DNA of 64,000 bases, taken from positions 128,001 to 192,000 of the forward strand of contig JBBQZX010000002.1 of NCBI GenBank assembly GCA_038207335.1, given 5' to 3'. Numbering within the stretch: the first letter of the stretch is position 1; each line of letters starts with the position of its first letter. This document shows positions 38,806 to 47,089 of the stretch, piece by piece. The position numbers and the translations under genes are program-made. This DNA is from Chthoniobacterales bacterium. GTDB lineage: Bacteria; Verrucomicrobiota; Verrucomicrobiia; Chthoniobacterales; Chthoniobacteraceae. A model generated the notes under the pieces. The model was not told the origin of the DNA. It saw nothing but the letters and a program-made list of their open reading frames with translations, and did not search any database.

Positions 38806-39527
38806 TGAAAGTAACGCTCCGTCAGAATAAAGCCGCGTTCGTTTTCAGCGCATGAGTTGCGACATGTATCCGCTGCCGTGACCGGAGGTAAACTCCACAC
38901 GATCAAGCTCACGGACTTTGGAGCGTAGGTGGGTGAAGGATCGAGCGGATGCGGACAGGTATTCAGCACGACAATCACATTCATCTCGGCGCGAAGATCG
39001 ACGAATGCGCCAGCCTTTGAGCTGCCGGGGTGGTAGCTCATCGCCCCGAGATCATCGACCGTCACTTTGCCGAAAAAGTTGACGTTCATCGCAAGGTCGC
39101 GCTCCCCGAGATTGTATTTGCCGAGCTCGGTCAGGAACCCGTCGTGCGCATTGCGATGCCATTCGTTGCGGGCCTGCTGGTAAGTCAGTTCGCCATACTT
39201 TGCCGCGATGTTTCGTGCATTCGAGCAGCCTGTAAGCGGGTCGTGCCAGCCGCAGGTATCCTCGGTGATCGAGACCAGGATGCGACCCATGTCCGAGTAG
39301 AGGCACGCGCCTTTCGTAAGCTTCGCAATGTGCTGACACTTGAGCGTATCGGGCAGATTCAGGCGCTCGGATGGCAGCTCGAAGTTGTAGAAGAGCGCGG
39401 AGACATTGCCATCCCCTTCGAGGTCGATGACTCGGAGCGTGGTGCCGCGCTTGAGCACATGCGACCAGTTGGCGCCGGGCATCACGGTTTCGGTGAATCG
39501 GATGAGAGAAGGATCGAGTTCGGGCAT
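38802..39527 (-). CDS. cgdA: Urea carboxylase-associated DUF1989 protein, carboxyguanidine deiminase subunit A
   Basis: [44 protein letters not shown]. Confidence 0.88.
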   Translation of the reverse strand: MPELDPSLIRFTETVMPGANWSHVLKRGTTLRVIDLEGDGNVSALFYNFELPSERLNLPDTLKCQHIAKLTKGACLYSDMGRILVSITEDTCGWHDPLTGCSNARNIAAKYGELTYQQARNEWHRNAHDGFLTELGKYNLGERDLAMNVNFFGKVTVDDLGAMSYHPGSSKAGAFVDLRAEMNVIVVLNTCPHPLDPSPTYAPKSVSLIVWSLPPVTAADTCRNSCAENERGFILTERYFQ

Positions 39528-39967
39528 CAGTAGATCGGTGGGAGCACCGTCGAGGTGACATTGAGGTATCCGTGCTTCACGCCTTTGCAGGCGATCAGTT
39601 CGTCCGCGATGAGCTTCAGACGCACGCCCGGCGCTTGGGCCAGGATGACTTCTAGGCTGTGGTGGTTCTCAAGATGGACGTGCTGGGACGAGATGATCTC
39701 CTTCAAGTAGCGGTGCTGAATCTTCATCAAGCGGCTCTGCAACCCCGGCTTCGTGTGGTCGTAAATAATCGTGATCGTGCCCGCCATGACCTGACGCCCG
39801 AAGCGCTGTTGATGAGCGACGAGTTGCTCGCTGATCATCTTGGAAATGGCTTCCGAGCGGCTGGCATGGCCTTTTGCGGCGACCATCGCATCGAGCTGAC
39901 CGTGGAGTTCGACGGGAAGAGAGATGCTGATTCGTGCGGCGTTTTTGCGTTTTCGGATATTAGCCAT
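39527..39967 (-). CDS. nikR: NikR-family ribbon-helix-helix transcriptional regulator (Cys-to-Ser variant)
   Basis: RISISLP...LDAMV...G..SRSEAI RHH domain; GTITIIYDH, QH, HVHL, LEVI and GVKHG of the NikR C-terminal domain; stop overlaps the cgdA start. Confidence 0.88.
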   Translation of the reverse strand: MANIRKRKNAARISISLPVELHGQLDAMVAAKGHASRSEAISKMISEQLVAHQQRFGRQVMAGTITIIYDHTKPGLQSRLMKIQHRYLKEIISSQHVHLENHHSLEVILAQAPGVRLKLIADELIACKGVKHGYLNVTSTVLPPIY

Positions 39968-40024
39968 GAGCGGGGCGGAAGGCCAAAAGCAGTAAACGTG
40001 CGCACCGCTGAAACGCTCAGATGA

Positions 40025-40052
40025 GTATTACTTGTTCCCTTATTCGTCCTAC
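40025..40052. promoter_or_regulatory. NikR-type operator 1
   Basis: GTATTA-N16-TCCTAC versus the E. coli NikR site GTATGA-N16-TCATAC; outer flanks extend to a perfect TGAGTA...TACTCA inverted repeat (40022-40055). Confidence 0.7.
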
Positions 40053-40110
40053 TCACCACGTGGGCCTCCGGAACCGATTTGCGCACATCGGATGGCTCAC
40101 TTTGCGCATC

Positions 40111-40138
40111 GTGTGAAGAATCGCACCTTTCGTCATAC
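40111..40138. promoter_or_regulatory. NikR-type operator 2
   Basis: GTGTGA-N16-TCATAC, an 11/12 match to the E. coli NikR operator with the exact 16-bp spacer. Confidence 0.75.
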
Positions 40139-40218
40139 GCCACAATCAAGCAGGCAACGGCCTGCGGAAGCTGATGGCATCAGGGCTTCGAGACAATTTG
40201 CAGGGCCGGAGTGCCGGC

Positions 40219-40234
40219 TGGCACGGGTGCTGCA
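40219..40234 (+). promoter_or_regulatory. Sigma54 (-24/-12) promoter for the ABC importer operon
   Basis: TGGCAC-GGGTG-CTGCA; GG (40220-21) and GC (40232-33) at the canonical spacing, about 47 nt upstream of ATG 40282. Confidence 0.75.
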
Positions 40235-40281
40235 TACAGGCCGCGAACCGCTTCGCATCCACACTCACTCCACTTCGAACC

Positions 40282-41250
40282 ATGAAATTCAAAACTCTTC
40301 TCACCGCTGCACTTTCACTCGGCCTCGCCACCGCGCTTCAAGCCGAGACGTTGAAGATCGGATATTCCGATTGGCCGGGCTTCACCATCCTCGAAGTCGC
40401 CAAACAAAAAGGCTGGTTCAAGGAAGCTGGCGTCGATGTCGATCTGGTCTGGTTTGATTACCTGCCTTCGCTCGACGCGTTTGCCGCGGGCAAGGTGGAC
40501 GCTGTTACTGCGGTCGCGACCGATGCTCTCGTCAACGGGGCCAGCGGAGCGAAGAGCAAACTGATCGCGCTGCTCGATTTCAGCGAAGGCAGCGACATGA
40601 TCATCGGCGCGCCGGGCGTGACCTCGATCAAGGATTTGAAAGGAAAGAAAGTCGGGGTCGAACTTACGCTCGTCGAGCATCTGCTTTTGCTCAAAGCGCT
40701 GAAGGCGAACGGCATGAAGCCGAGCGACGTGACGCTGGTCAAGACGACCACCAACGACACGCCTCAGGTGCTTGCCAGCGGGAAAGTCGCGGCGATCGGC
40801 GCTTGGTATCCGGTATCGGGGCAGGCTCTCAAACAGGTTCCAGGATCGAAGGCGCTTTTCACGAGCGCCGATGCGAAAGGGCTGATTTACGACACCCTCG
40901 CGGTGAATCCTGTGAGCTATGCGAAGAACAAGGAGGACTGGGCAAAAGTGGTGTCGATCTACTACAAGTGCGTGGATTACCTCAAGGATCCGAAGACAGC
41001 CGACGATGCGGTGAAGATCATGGCGGCGAAAGTCGGAGCCACCGTGGAGGAATACGCGAAGAATGTTCCCGGCACTCACTTCCTCACGCTTGCGGAGGCG
41101 AAAGCGGCTTACAAAAAGGGTGATGGGCTGAATTCGATCTACGGGTCGATGGCGATCGGCAATCAGTTCAATCTCGACAACGAAGTCTATAAAGTGTCGC
41201 AGAAGCCCGAGGGCTACATCGTCCCGAGCGTGGTTACCGGGTTGAAGTAA
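40282..41250 (+). CDS. ABC transporter substrate-binding protein (NitT/TauT family), probable guanidine/urea uptake
   Basis: Signal peptide ending ALQA; IGYSDWPG, WFDY, DFSEGSDMII, DLKGKKVGVE; divergent from the carboxylase operon. Confidence 0.85.
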   Translation: MKFKTLLTAALSLGLATALQAETLKIGYSDWPGFTILEVAKQKGWFKEAGVDVDLVWFDYLPSLDAFAAGKVDAVTAVATDALVNGASGAKSKLIALLDFSEGSDMIIGAPGVTSIKDLKGKKVGVELTLVEHLLLLKALKANGMKPSDVTLVKTTTNDTPQVLASGKVAAIGAWYPVSGQALKQVPGSKALFTSADAKGLIYDTLAVNPVSYAKNKEDWAKVVSIYYKCVDYLKDPKTADDAVKIMAAKVGATVEEYAKNVPGTHFLTLAEAKAAYKKGDGLNSIYGSMAIGNQFNLDNEVYKVSQKPEGYIVPSVVTGLK

Positions 41251-41264
41251 ATCTCTTACGCCGG

Positions 41265-42278
41265 ATGGCGCATCGAGATTGGCTGGGCTTGAAAATGGAG
41301 CTGCCGCGGAAGCGGCGGCTCCTTCTCACGTTGCTCTCCTTTCTCGCACCGCTCGCGGTCTGGTGCGCAGTGAGCTATGTGACGTGGCTCTGGCATCCGC
41401 TGGTGCATATCACGGCGCAGGGGGATGTGGATTACTTTGCCGAGGACATGGATGTGGCGCGCGCGGACTTCGACCGGGAGTTGGCAAAGACCCGCGCGGA
41501 TGGCACGGCGCCGCCCGAAGGGTTTCGCGTGAATCCAGTCTATCTCCCCGCGCCTCATGAGGTGGCGCGCGCCTTCTACACGGCCTTCAAGACACCGCCG
41601 CGCATGGCCTCGGAGCCTTGGTTGCATGAAAGCCTGGGGCACAGTATTCGCACGATATTCTGGGGATTCGTGCTGTCATCGCTCTTTGGTGTTCCGCTGG
41701 GAATCTTGTGCGGATCGTACCGCTTTTTTTCGAGACTGCAGGAGCCCTTCATCGAGTTCTTTCGCTACCTTCCCGCGCCGGCATTCGGCGCGCTTTGCAT
41801 TGCCATTCTCGGTATCGATGACGCGCCAAAGATCGCGATCATCGTCATTGGCACATTCTTCCAACAGGTGCTCGTGATCGGCAATACGGTGCGAAAGGTC
41901 GATCCTGCGCTCATTGAAGCGGCGCAGACGCTTGGCGCATCCGGCTGGCAGCTCGTGCGGCGTGTCATCATCCCGGCATCGATCACCGACATCTACACGG
42001 ACATGCGCATCCTGCTCGGATGGGCCTGGACTTACCTCATCGTGGCGGAGGTCGTCGGCAGCATGTCGGGCATCACCTACTTCATCAATCAACAGGCACG
42101 CTATCGGAACTTCGACAACGTCTATGCAGCCATCATGATGATCGGCATCATCGGCTTTTCGTGCGACCTCTTCCTTGCGTGGTTGGGGACGGGATTGTTT
42201 CCTTGGAAAAGGAAATCGCGCTCCGGTTCGCGTATTTCCTTTTGGGACCGATTGCGTCCGAAGCTGATTCCCGCTTGA
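41265..42278 (+). CDS. ABC transporter permease (NitT/TauT family)
   Basis: YLPAP, EFFRYLPAPAFG, LIEAAQTLGA, GWAWTYLIVAE. Confidence 0.92.
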   Translation: MAHRDWLGLKMELPRKRRLLLTLLSFLAPLAVWCAVSYVTWLWHPLVHITAQGDVDYFAEDMDVARADFDRELAKTRADGTAPPEGFRVNPVYLPAPHEVARAFYTAFKTPPRMASEPWLHESLGHSIRTIFWGFVLSSLFGVPLGILCGSYRFFSRLQEPFIEFFRYLPAPAFGALCIAILGIDDAPKIAIIVIGTFFQQVLVIGNTVRKVDPALIEAAQTLGASGWQLVRRVIIPASITDIYTDMRILLGWAWTYLIVAEVVGSMSGITYFINQQARYRNFDNVYAAIMMIGIIGFSCDLFLAWLGTGLFPWKRKSRSGSRISFWDRLRPKLIPA

Positions 42279-42295
42279 TCCACTAGCCCGTCGAG

Positions 42296-43192
42296 ATGAT
42301 CTCCAGCGAATTCGATTACCGCAAAATGTCCCCTGCCGTTGCGGAGAGATTCGCGCGCATCCGACAGCGCCCGGTCATTCTCAGCGTGCGCGATTTGGAA
42401 AAGCGGTTCGGCAGCGAGGAGGGAGCGCATACCGCGTTCCAAGGTGTGTCGCTCGATATTCATCGGCGCGAGTTCATCTGCGTCATTGGGCCGTCGGGCT
42501 GTGGAAAGTCGACATTCATCCGCATCGTCGCGGGACTGGATGAAGCGAGCGATGGCGTTGTCTTGCTCGATGGGAAAGCGGTGACGGGACCTGGTCCCGA
42601 CCGTGGGATGGTCTTTCAAGGCTACACGCTTTTCCCGTGGCTCACGGTGCGGGCGAATGTCATGTTTGGCCTTCAAATGTGCGGAAAGGACAAGCTGGTC
42701 GCCGAGAGTGAAGCGCGCGAGTGGCTCGACATGGTGGGTCTCACAAAGTTCGAGCACTCCTATCCGCACGAGTTGTCGGGCGGCATGAAGCAGCGGGTGG
42801 CCATCGCGCGGGCTTTGGCAAATGGTCCGCGCATTCTCATCATGGACGAACCTTTTGCCGCTCTCGATGCGCAGACTCGGTGCCAGATGCAGAGCTATCT
42901 GCTGCAGATTTGGAAGAAGGTGGATGTCACCATTTTGTTCATCACGCACGATCTCGAAGAGGCGGCTTATCTTGCCGATCGCGTGCTGGTGATGGGCACG
43001 AATCCGGGGCGCGTGGTGGAGTTCATCGACAATCCGGTGCCGCGTCCACGTAGCTCGGCGCAGTTTCTATCAACTGAGTATCTGGCGTTGAAAGCGCGCC
43101 TTGATGAACTCATCCATCCGCCGGTGGAAGTCGGAGACGAGGATCTGCTGCCGATGGTAAAGCTGACATCAGCCGGGGATGATGTGGAGTAA
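42296..43192 (+). CDS. ABC transporter ATP-binding protein (NitT/TauT family)
   Basis: GPSGCGKST, LSGGMKQR, IMDEPF, ITHD. Confidence 0.93.
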   Translation: MISSEFDYRKMSPAVAERFARIRQRPVILSVRDLEKRFGSEEGAHTAFQGVSLDIHRREFICVIGPSGCGKSTFIRIVAGLDEASDGVVLLDGKAVTGPGPDRGMVFQGYTLFPWLTVRANVMFGLQMCGKDKLVAESEAREWLDMVGLTKFEHSYPHELSGGMKQRVAIARALANGPRILIMDEPFAALDAQTRCQMQSYLLQIWKKVDVTILFITHDLEEAAYLADRVLVMGTNPGRVVEFIDNPVPRPRSSAQFLSTEYLALKARLDELIHPPVEVGDEDLLPMVKLTSAGDDVE

Positions 43193-43279
43193 CTCAATGC
43201 TTCGGCTCGAAGTATCGGAGTAGCTCTCGCGGAAGATTCTTTGTTGACACCTATGAGGTAGAGTTCTAACTGCGAGTCT

Positions 43280-43711
43280 ATGTCTGACTCCAAATCGTTC
43301 TGGAACCATCCTATCGACAAGCTCGAAGAAGCTCTGTCCATCCGCAAACAAATCGACTCACTGCAAGCGAAGCTCGCAAAGATCTTCGGTGGCGACAGTG
43401 CTTCGACGGCAGCCACCAAGCCCGCTAAGAGCAAGATCACCGTCCCCGCTGCTGCGAAGCGCAAGGGTGGGAAACGTATCGTCTCGGCGGAAGCTCGCGC
43501 GAAGATCGCCGCGGCGCAGAAGGCGCGTTGGGCTGTGAAAAAAGGAACTACCGCGAAGCCTGCAAAGGCTGCGAAACCGGCCAAAGCGGCGCCCGTTGCA
43601 AAGGCTGCGAAGCCGGCGAAGCGCAAGAGTGGGCTCACGCCGGAAGGCCGTGCGAAGCTGGCCGAGGCGATGAAGGCCCGCTGGGCAGCTCGCAAGAGTG
43701 CGCAGGCCTAA
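43280..43711 (+). CDS. Small basic Lys/Ala-rich putative nucleoid-associated DNA-binding protein
   Basis: N-terminal coiled coil, two copies of a (S/T)xE(A/G)RAK(I/L)AxAxKARWA motif, and PAKAAK histone-H1-like repeats. Confidence 0.7.
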   Translation: MSDSKSFWNHPIDKLEEALSIRKQIDSLQAKLAKIFGGDSASTAATKPAKSKITVPAAAKRKGGKRIVSAEARAKIAAAQKARWAVKKGTTAKPAKAAKPAKAAPVAKAAKPAKRKSGLTPEGRAKLAEAMKARWAARKSAQA

Positions 43712-43738
43712 TCGATCCACCCCAAACCAAACCTCTAC

Positions 43739-43776
43739 AACGCCGTGCGTGCTTTGAGCTGCACGGCGTTTTTCTT
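43739..43776 (+). terminator. Rho-independent terminator
   Basis: AACGCCGTGC...GCACGGCGTT stem followed by TTTCTT, just downstream of the small basic protein gene. Confidence 0.75.
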
Positions 43777-43907
43777 GTACGCGCGGCTCACTGAGCGTGC
43801 ATTTCTTTTTGGAAAATCGCGGCGCGTTGTCCTACAAGCGTGGCTTCGTTCGTCGCTTTTAAAAGCAAATCATCGCGAAGCCAGCCAACTCCTAATCTTC
43901 ACAACTC

Positions 43908-45023
43908 ATGAGCAAAGTAAGAGTCCTCGTCGGCACCAAAAAAGGTGCCTTCATCCTCACTTCCGATGGGAAACGGGAGCAGTGGGATGTGGCCGGTCCG
44001 TTCTTTACGGGTTGGGAGATGTTTCATTTGAAAGGGTCGCCGGTGGACCAGGATCGCATTTATGCCTCGCAGACAAGCGGTTGGTTTGGGCAACAGATTC
44101 AGCGTTCGCGTGATGGCGGGAAGACGTGGGAGCAGGCGGGCAATGACTTTCAATACGATGGCACGCCGGGGACGCATAAGTGGTATGACGGCACGCAGCA
44201 TCCGTGGGAGTTCAAGCGCATCTGGCATCTGGAGCCGTCGCTCACCGACCCGGATACGGTGTTCGCGGGGGCGGAAGATGCGGCGCTTTTCAAGACGACG
44301 GATGCGGGGCAGACGTGGCAGGAATTGCCTGCGCTGCGCGCGACGAAGGGCGATCTGTGGCAGCCGGGCGCGGGCGGGATGGGGCTGCATACGATCCTGC
44401 TGGACCCGTCGAATCCGCAGCGCATTTTCGCGGCGATCTCGGCGGCGGGGGTCTTTCGGACGGATGACGGCGGGGCGAACTGGAAGCCGATCAATCGCGG
44501 GCTGAAGTCTGCATATGAGATTCCCGATCCCGCCGCGGAGGTGGGACATTGCGTGCATCGCATCGCCATGCACAGCTCGCGACCGGAGGTGCTCTTCATG
44601 CAGAAGCACTGGGATGTGATGCGGACGGATAACGCGGGCGAGATGTGGTACGACATCGGCGAGGGGCTGCCGACCGACTTCGGCTTTCCGATCGATGTGC
44701 ATGCGCATGAGCCGGAGACGATCTATGTGGTGCCGATCAAGAGCGACTCGGAGCACTTTCCGCTCGACGGGGCGCTGCGGGTGTATCGCAGCCGGACGGG
44801 CGGGAATGAGTGGGAGCCGCTGACGCGTGGGCTGCCGGAAAAGGACTGCTATGTGAATGTGCTGCGGGATGCGATGGCGGTCGATTCGATGCCGGAATGC
44901 GGGATCTACTTTGGGACGACGGGCGGGCAGGTCTATGTGTCCGCCGATAGCGGCGACTCTTGGAGCGCGATCGTGCGGGACCTCCCGGCTGTTTATTCGG
45001 TGGAAGTGCAGACGCTGCCGTGA
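43908..45023 (+). CDS. BNR/Asp-box beta-propeller protein (sialidase-like fold, function unknown)
   Basis: Repeated SxDGGKTW / TDAGQTW / TDDGGANW / SADSGDSW Asp-boxes; no signal peptide. Confidence 0.88.
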   Translation: MSKVRVLVGTKKGAFILTSDGKREQWDVAGPFFTGWEMFHLKGSPVDQDRIYASQTSGWFGQQIQRSRDGGKTWEQAGNDFQYDGTPGTHKWYDGTQHPWEFKRIWHLEPSLTDPDTVFAGAEDAALFKTTDAGQTWQELPALRATKGDLWQPGAGGMGLHTILLDPSNPQRIFAAISAAGVFRTDDGGANWKPINRGLKSAYEIPDPAAEVGHCVHRIAMHSSRPEVLFMQKHWDVMRTDNAGEMWYDIGEGLPTDFGFPIDVHAHEPETIYVVPIKSDSEHFPLDGALRVYRSRTGGNEWEPLTRGLPEKDCYVNVLRDAMAVDSMPECGIYFGTTGGQVYVSADSGDSWSAIVRDLPAVYSVEVQTLP

Positions 45024-45316
45024 TCCGCGTCGTCCTGCCATTTCACCTCCGCACGCTGGCCGGGGTGGGCGGCGAGGTGGCCGTGGAGGTGGCCGCGCCT
45101 GTCACCATCGGCGCGATTCTGAATGCGGTGGAGGCGTGCTACCCGCAGTTGCGCGGGACGATCCGCGATCACGGGACGCTGCGGCGCCGGGCTTTCCTGC
45201 GGTTTTTCGCCTGTAGAGAGGATATTTCGCTGGAACCCGCGGACACGCCGGTGCCGGAAGCCGTGGTGCGCGGAGAGGAGCCGTTTCTGATCGTCGGGGC
45301 GATGGCGGGAGGCTGA
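45020..45316 (+). CDS. MoaD/ThiS-family ubiquitin-like protein
   Basis: [15 protein letters not shown]...IVGAMAGG with C-terminal GG; GTGA overlap with the BNR gene stop. Confidence 0.85.
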   Translation: MIRVVLPFHLRTLAGVGGEVAVEVAAPVTIGAILNAVEACYPQLRGTIRDHGTLRRRAFLRFFACREDISLEPADTPVPEAVVRGEEPFLIVGAMAGG

Positions 45317-45357
45317 GCAGCGCAGGTCGGAGGCTTTCGTTTTCCGGGCGGTAGGAA

Positions 45358-47006
45358 TCAACTGCAGCGACGACGGCGGCGCAGGCCGAGGAGCATGGCT
45401 GTGCCGCCGATGAGCGAAAGCGCGGCGCTTGGCTCGGGGACGAGGACAAGCCGTCCCCGCCAAGGACGACGCGACTACCCGCGCCGGTTGTGGAGGAACG
45501 TCGGAGGAGAATGTTGCTATTCCCCAGCGCGAGGCCGCCGGTGCCGATCGCGACCACGGATTGCGCGGCATTGTTTCCGAAGAGGCCGAACACGCCCGGC
45601 GCGCCGTTTGTTCCGGCGGAGATGGTGTTTGCATGTTGGTGAGGGTAAGGCTGTTGAAGGTGGAAACGGAGCCGTTGCTGCCGGTGTAGGAGGCGCCGCC
45701 GGTGAAGGTCGCAGCGTTTCCGATCGTCCACTGCGAGGTGGTGCCGGCGGTGAAATTGCCCGTGCCGCTGACGTTCAAATTTGCGAACGTCTCATTGATC
45801 GACGCCACTCCGCTGCCGAATCCGTTGGCATTCAGAAAGCCAGCGGTGACATCTCCGTTGCGGTGTCCGCGATCTGGTTGTTCCGGCCCGAGGTGTAAGT
45901 GACCGCCCCGCCAGCGACCGTCAGGTTACCGCCGATCGCCTGCACATCAGTTGCCTTGTTGAGCACGACCGTGCCCGCGTTCACCGTCACGAGGCCCGTG
46001 AAGGTATTCGCTCCGTGCCGCTGAGCGTGACCCGCCCGGTCCCTTCCTTCGTGAAGCCGAAGCCACTCCCGTCATCGCCCAGTGCGCCATTGAGCGTCAA
46101 GGACAGGACCGCGCCGGTGGGATTTGCGACGGAAAAAGTGGGCGATCCAGTCAACGTGTGCGTGCCCGTGAATTGCGAGACCTGCGTTCCGCTGGTAGCC
46201 AAACCAATCGCGTTGGCGGTCAGCGTCTGCGCGCCGATTCTCAGACTCCCCAATGTCATGGTTACGCCGCCACTTCCGCTGCTGGGGCCGGTGTTGATCG
46301 TCGAGTTGCCCGAGACGGTGACCGGCGTGGTGAAAGTCGTGCCCGTCGCGAGTTGCCAAGGTTAGGGTTCCGCCGTCGAGATTGACCGTCGCCGCACTCG
46401 TCAGGGCGTTGGCAGCCCTGAACACAAGAGCGCTCTCCCGCACAGTCACCGTGCCGATGTAATCATTCGCAGCGAAAAGGTGCAGCTGATCCACCCCAGT
46501 CTTCAGCAGCGGACCCGAGCCGGTGAGTTGGTTGACCGTGCCGAGGTTGATTCGCGTCGTCGTTTCAATGGTGTCCCCGGTCGCGACCGTGAAATTCCGC
46601 TGCACCGGACTAGCGCCACGCTCAAATTCTCGTCCGCATTTACGCTACCGATCATCACGCTCCGCGCGTTGCTCACCGAATCGACGGTGAAATCTCCGCC
46701 GAGCGTCGCAGTGCGATTCGCGGCAAACCCGGCTAGCGTAAGATTTCCCGGGCCAGCGTGGAGAAGATTCCACGCAGCGGGCAGCGTGCGGTCGGCGGAA
46801 AAAAGGATCGTCTGATCGCCCGCGACCGAGAGCGTCGGAGGGAAAAGATCGTCGATGGTGCCGCCCGCCCAGTTCGCGGTGTCGTTGTATTCGTAAGTGC
46901 CGGCGGCGGGTTGCAGCCAATCCGCGCGCACGCTAATAGTGGCGATGAGTGCTGTGATCCCGACGGCGAGGGGGAGGGTGGCAGTGAAGCGAAGGGTCAT
47001 GTGCAT
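45358..47006 (-). pseudogene. Frameshifted and partly deleted PEP-CTERM autotransporter-repeat protein
   Basis: Signal peptide at 47006; repeat fragments in shifting frames (LLKTGVDQLHLFAANDYIGTVTV; FTKEGTGRVTLSG; NTFTGLVTVNAGTVVLNK); terminal VPEPSAALSLIGGTAMLLGLRRRRRCS* ending at 45358. Confidence 0.8.
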
Positions 47007-47089
47007 GGGATGGTTTTTGAGGGGATGTGCGGCAATTAAAGCTGCGCAAAAATCCGCTCCTACGCCGCGGCGGGCAACCGACCGCGCAT

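Noticed and set aside
40150..40190. Two tandem hairpins (GCAGGC-AACG-GCCTGC and GAAGC...GCTTC) as a guanidine-II riboswitch or ANTAR element
   Set aside because: The loops are not paired ACGR tetraloops or ANTAR-type hexaloops, and they lie upstream of the sigma54 promoter, so they would not be in that transcript.
43545..43625. Short tandem repeats here and at 1190-1300 as a CRISPR array or VNTR
   Set aside because: They are degenerate codon repeats encoding PAKAAK and PPKPPE peptides; there is no repeat-spacer structure and no cas gene.
46363..46372. TAGGGTTCCG resembling the guanidine-I (ykkC) riboswitch 5' core
   Set aside because: It is the antisense of coding-like sequence (GGTLT) in the pseudogene. 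The 3' AAAAGCCCG element and a suitable downstream gene are absent.
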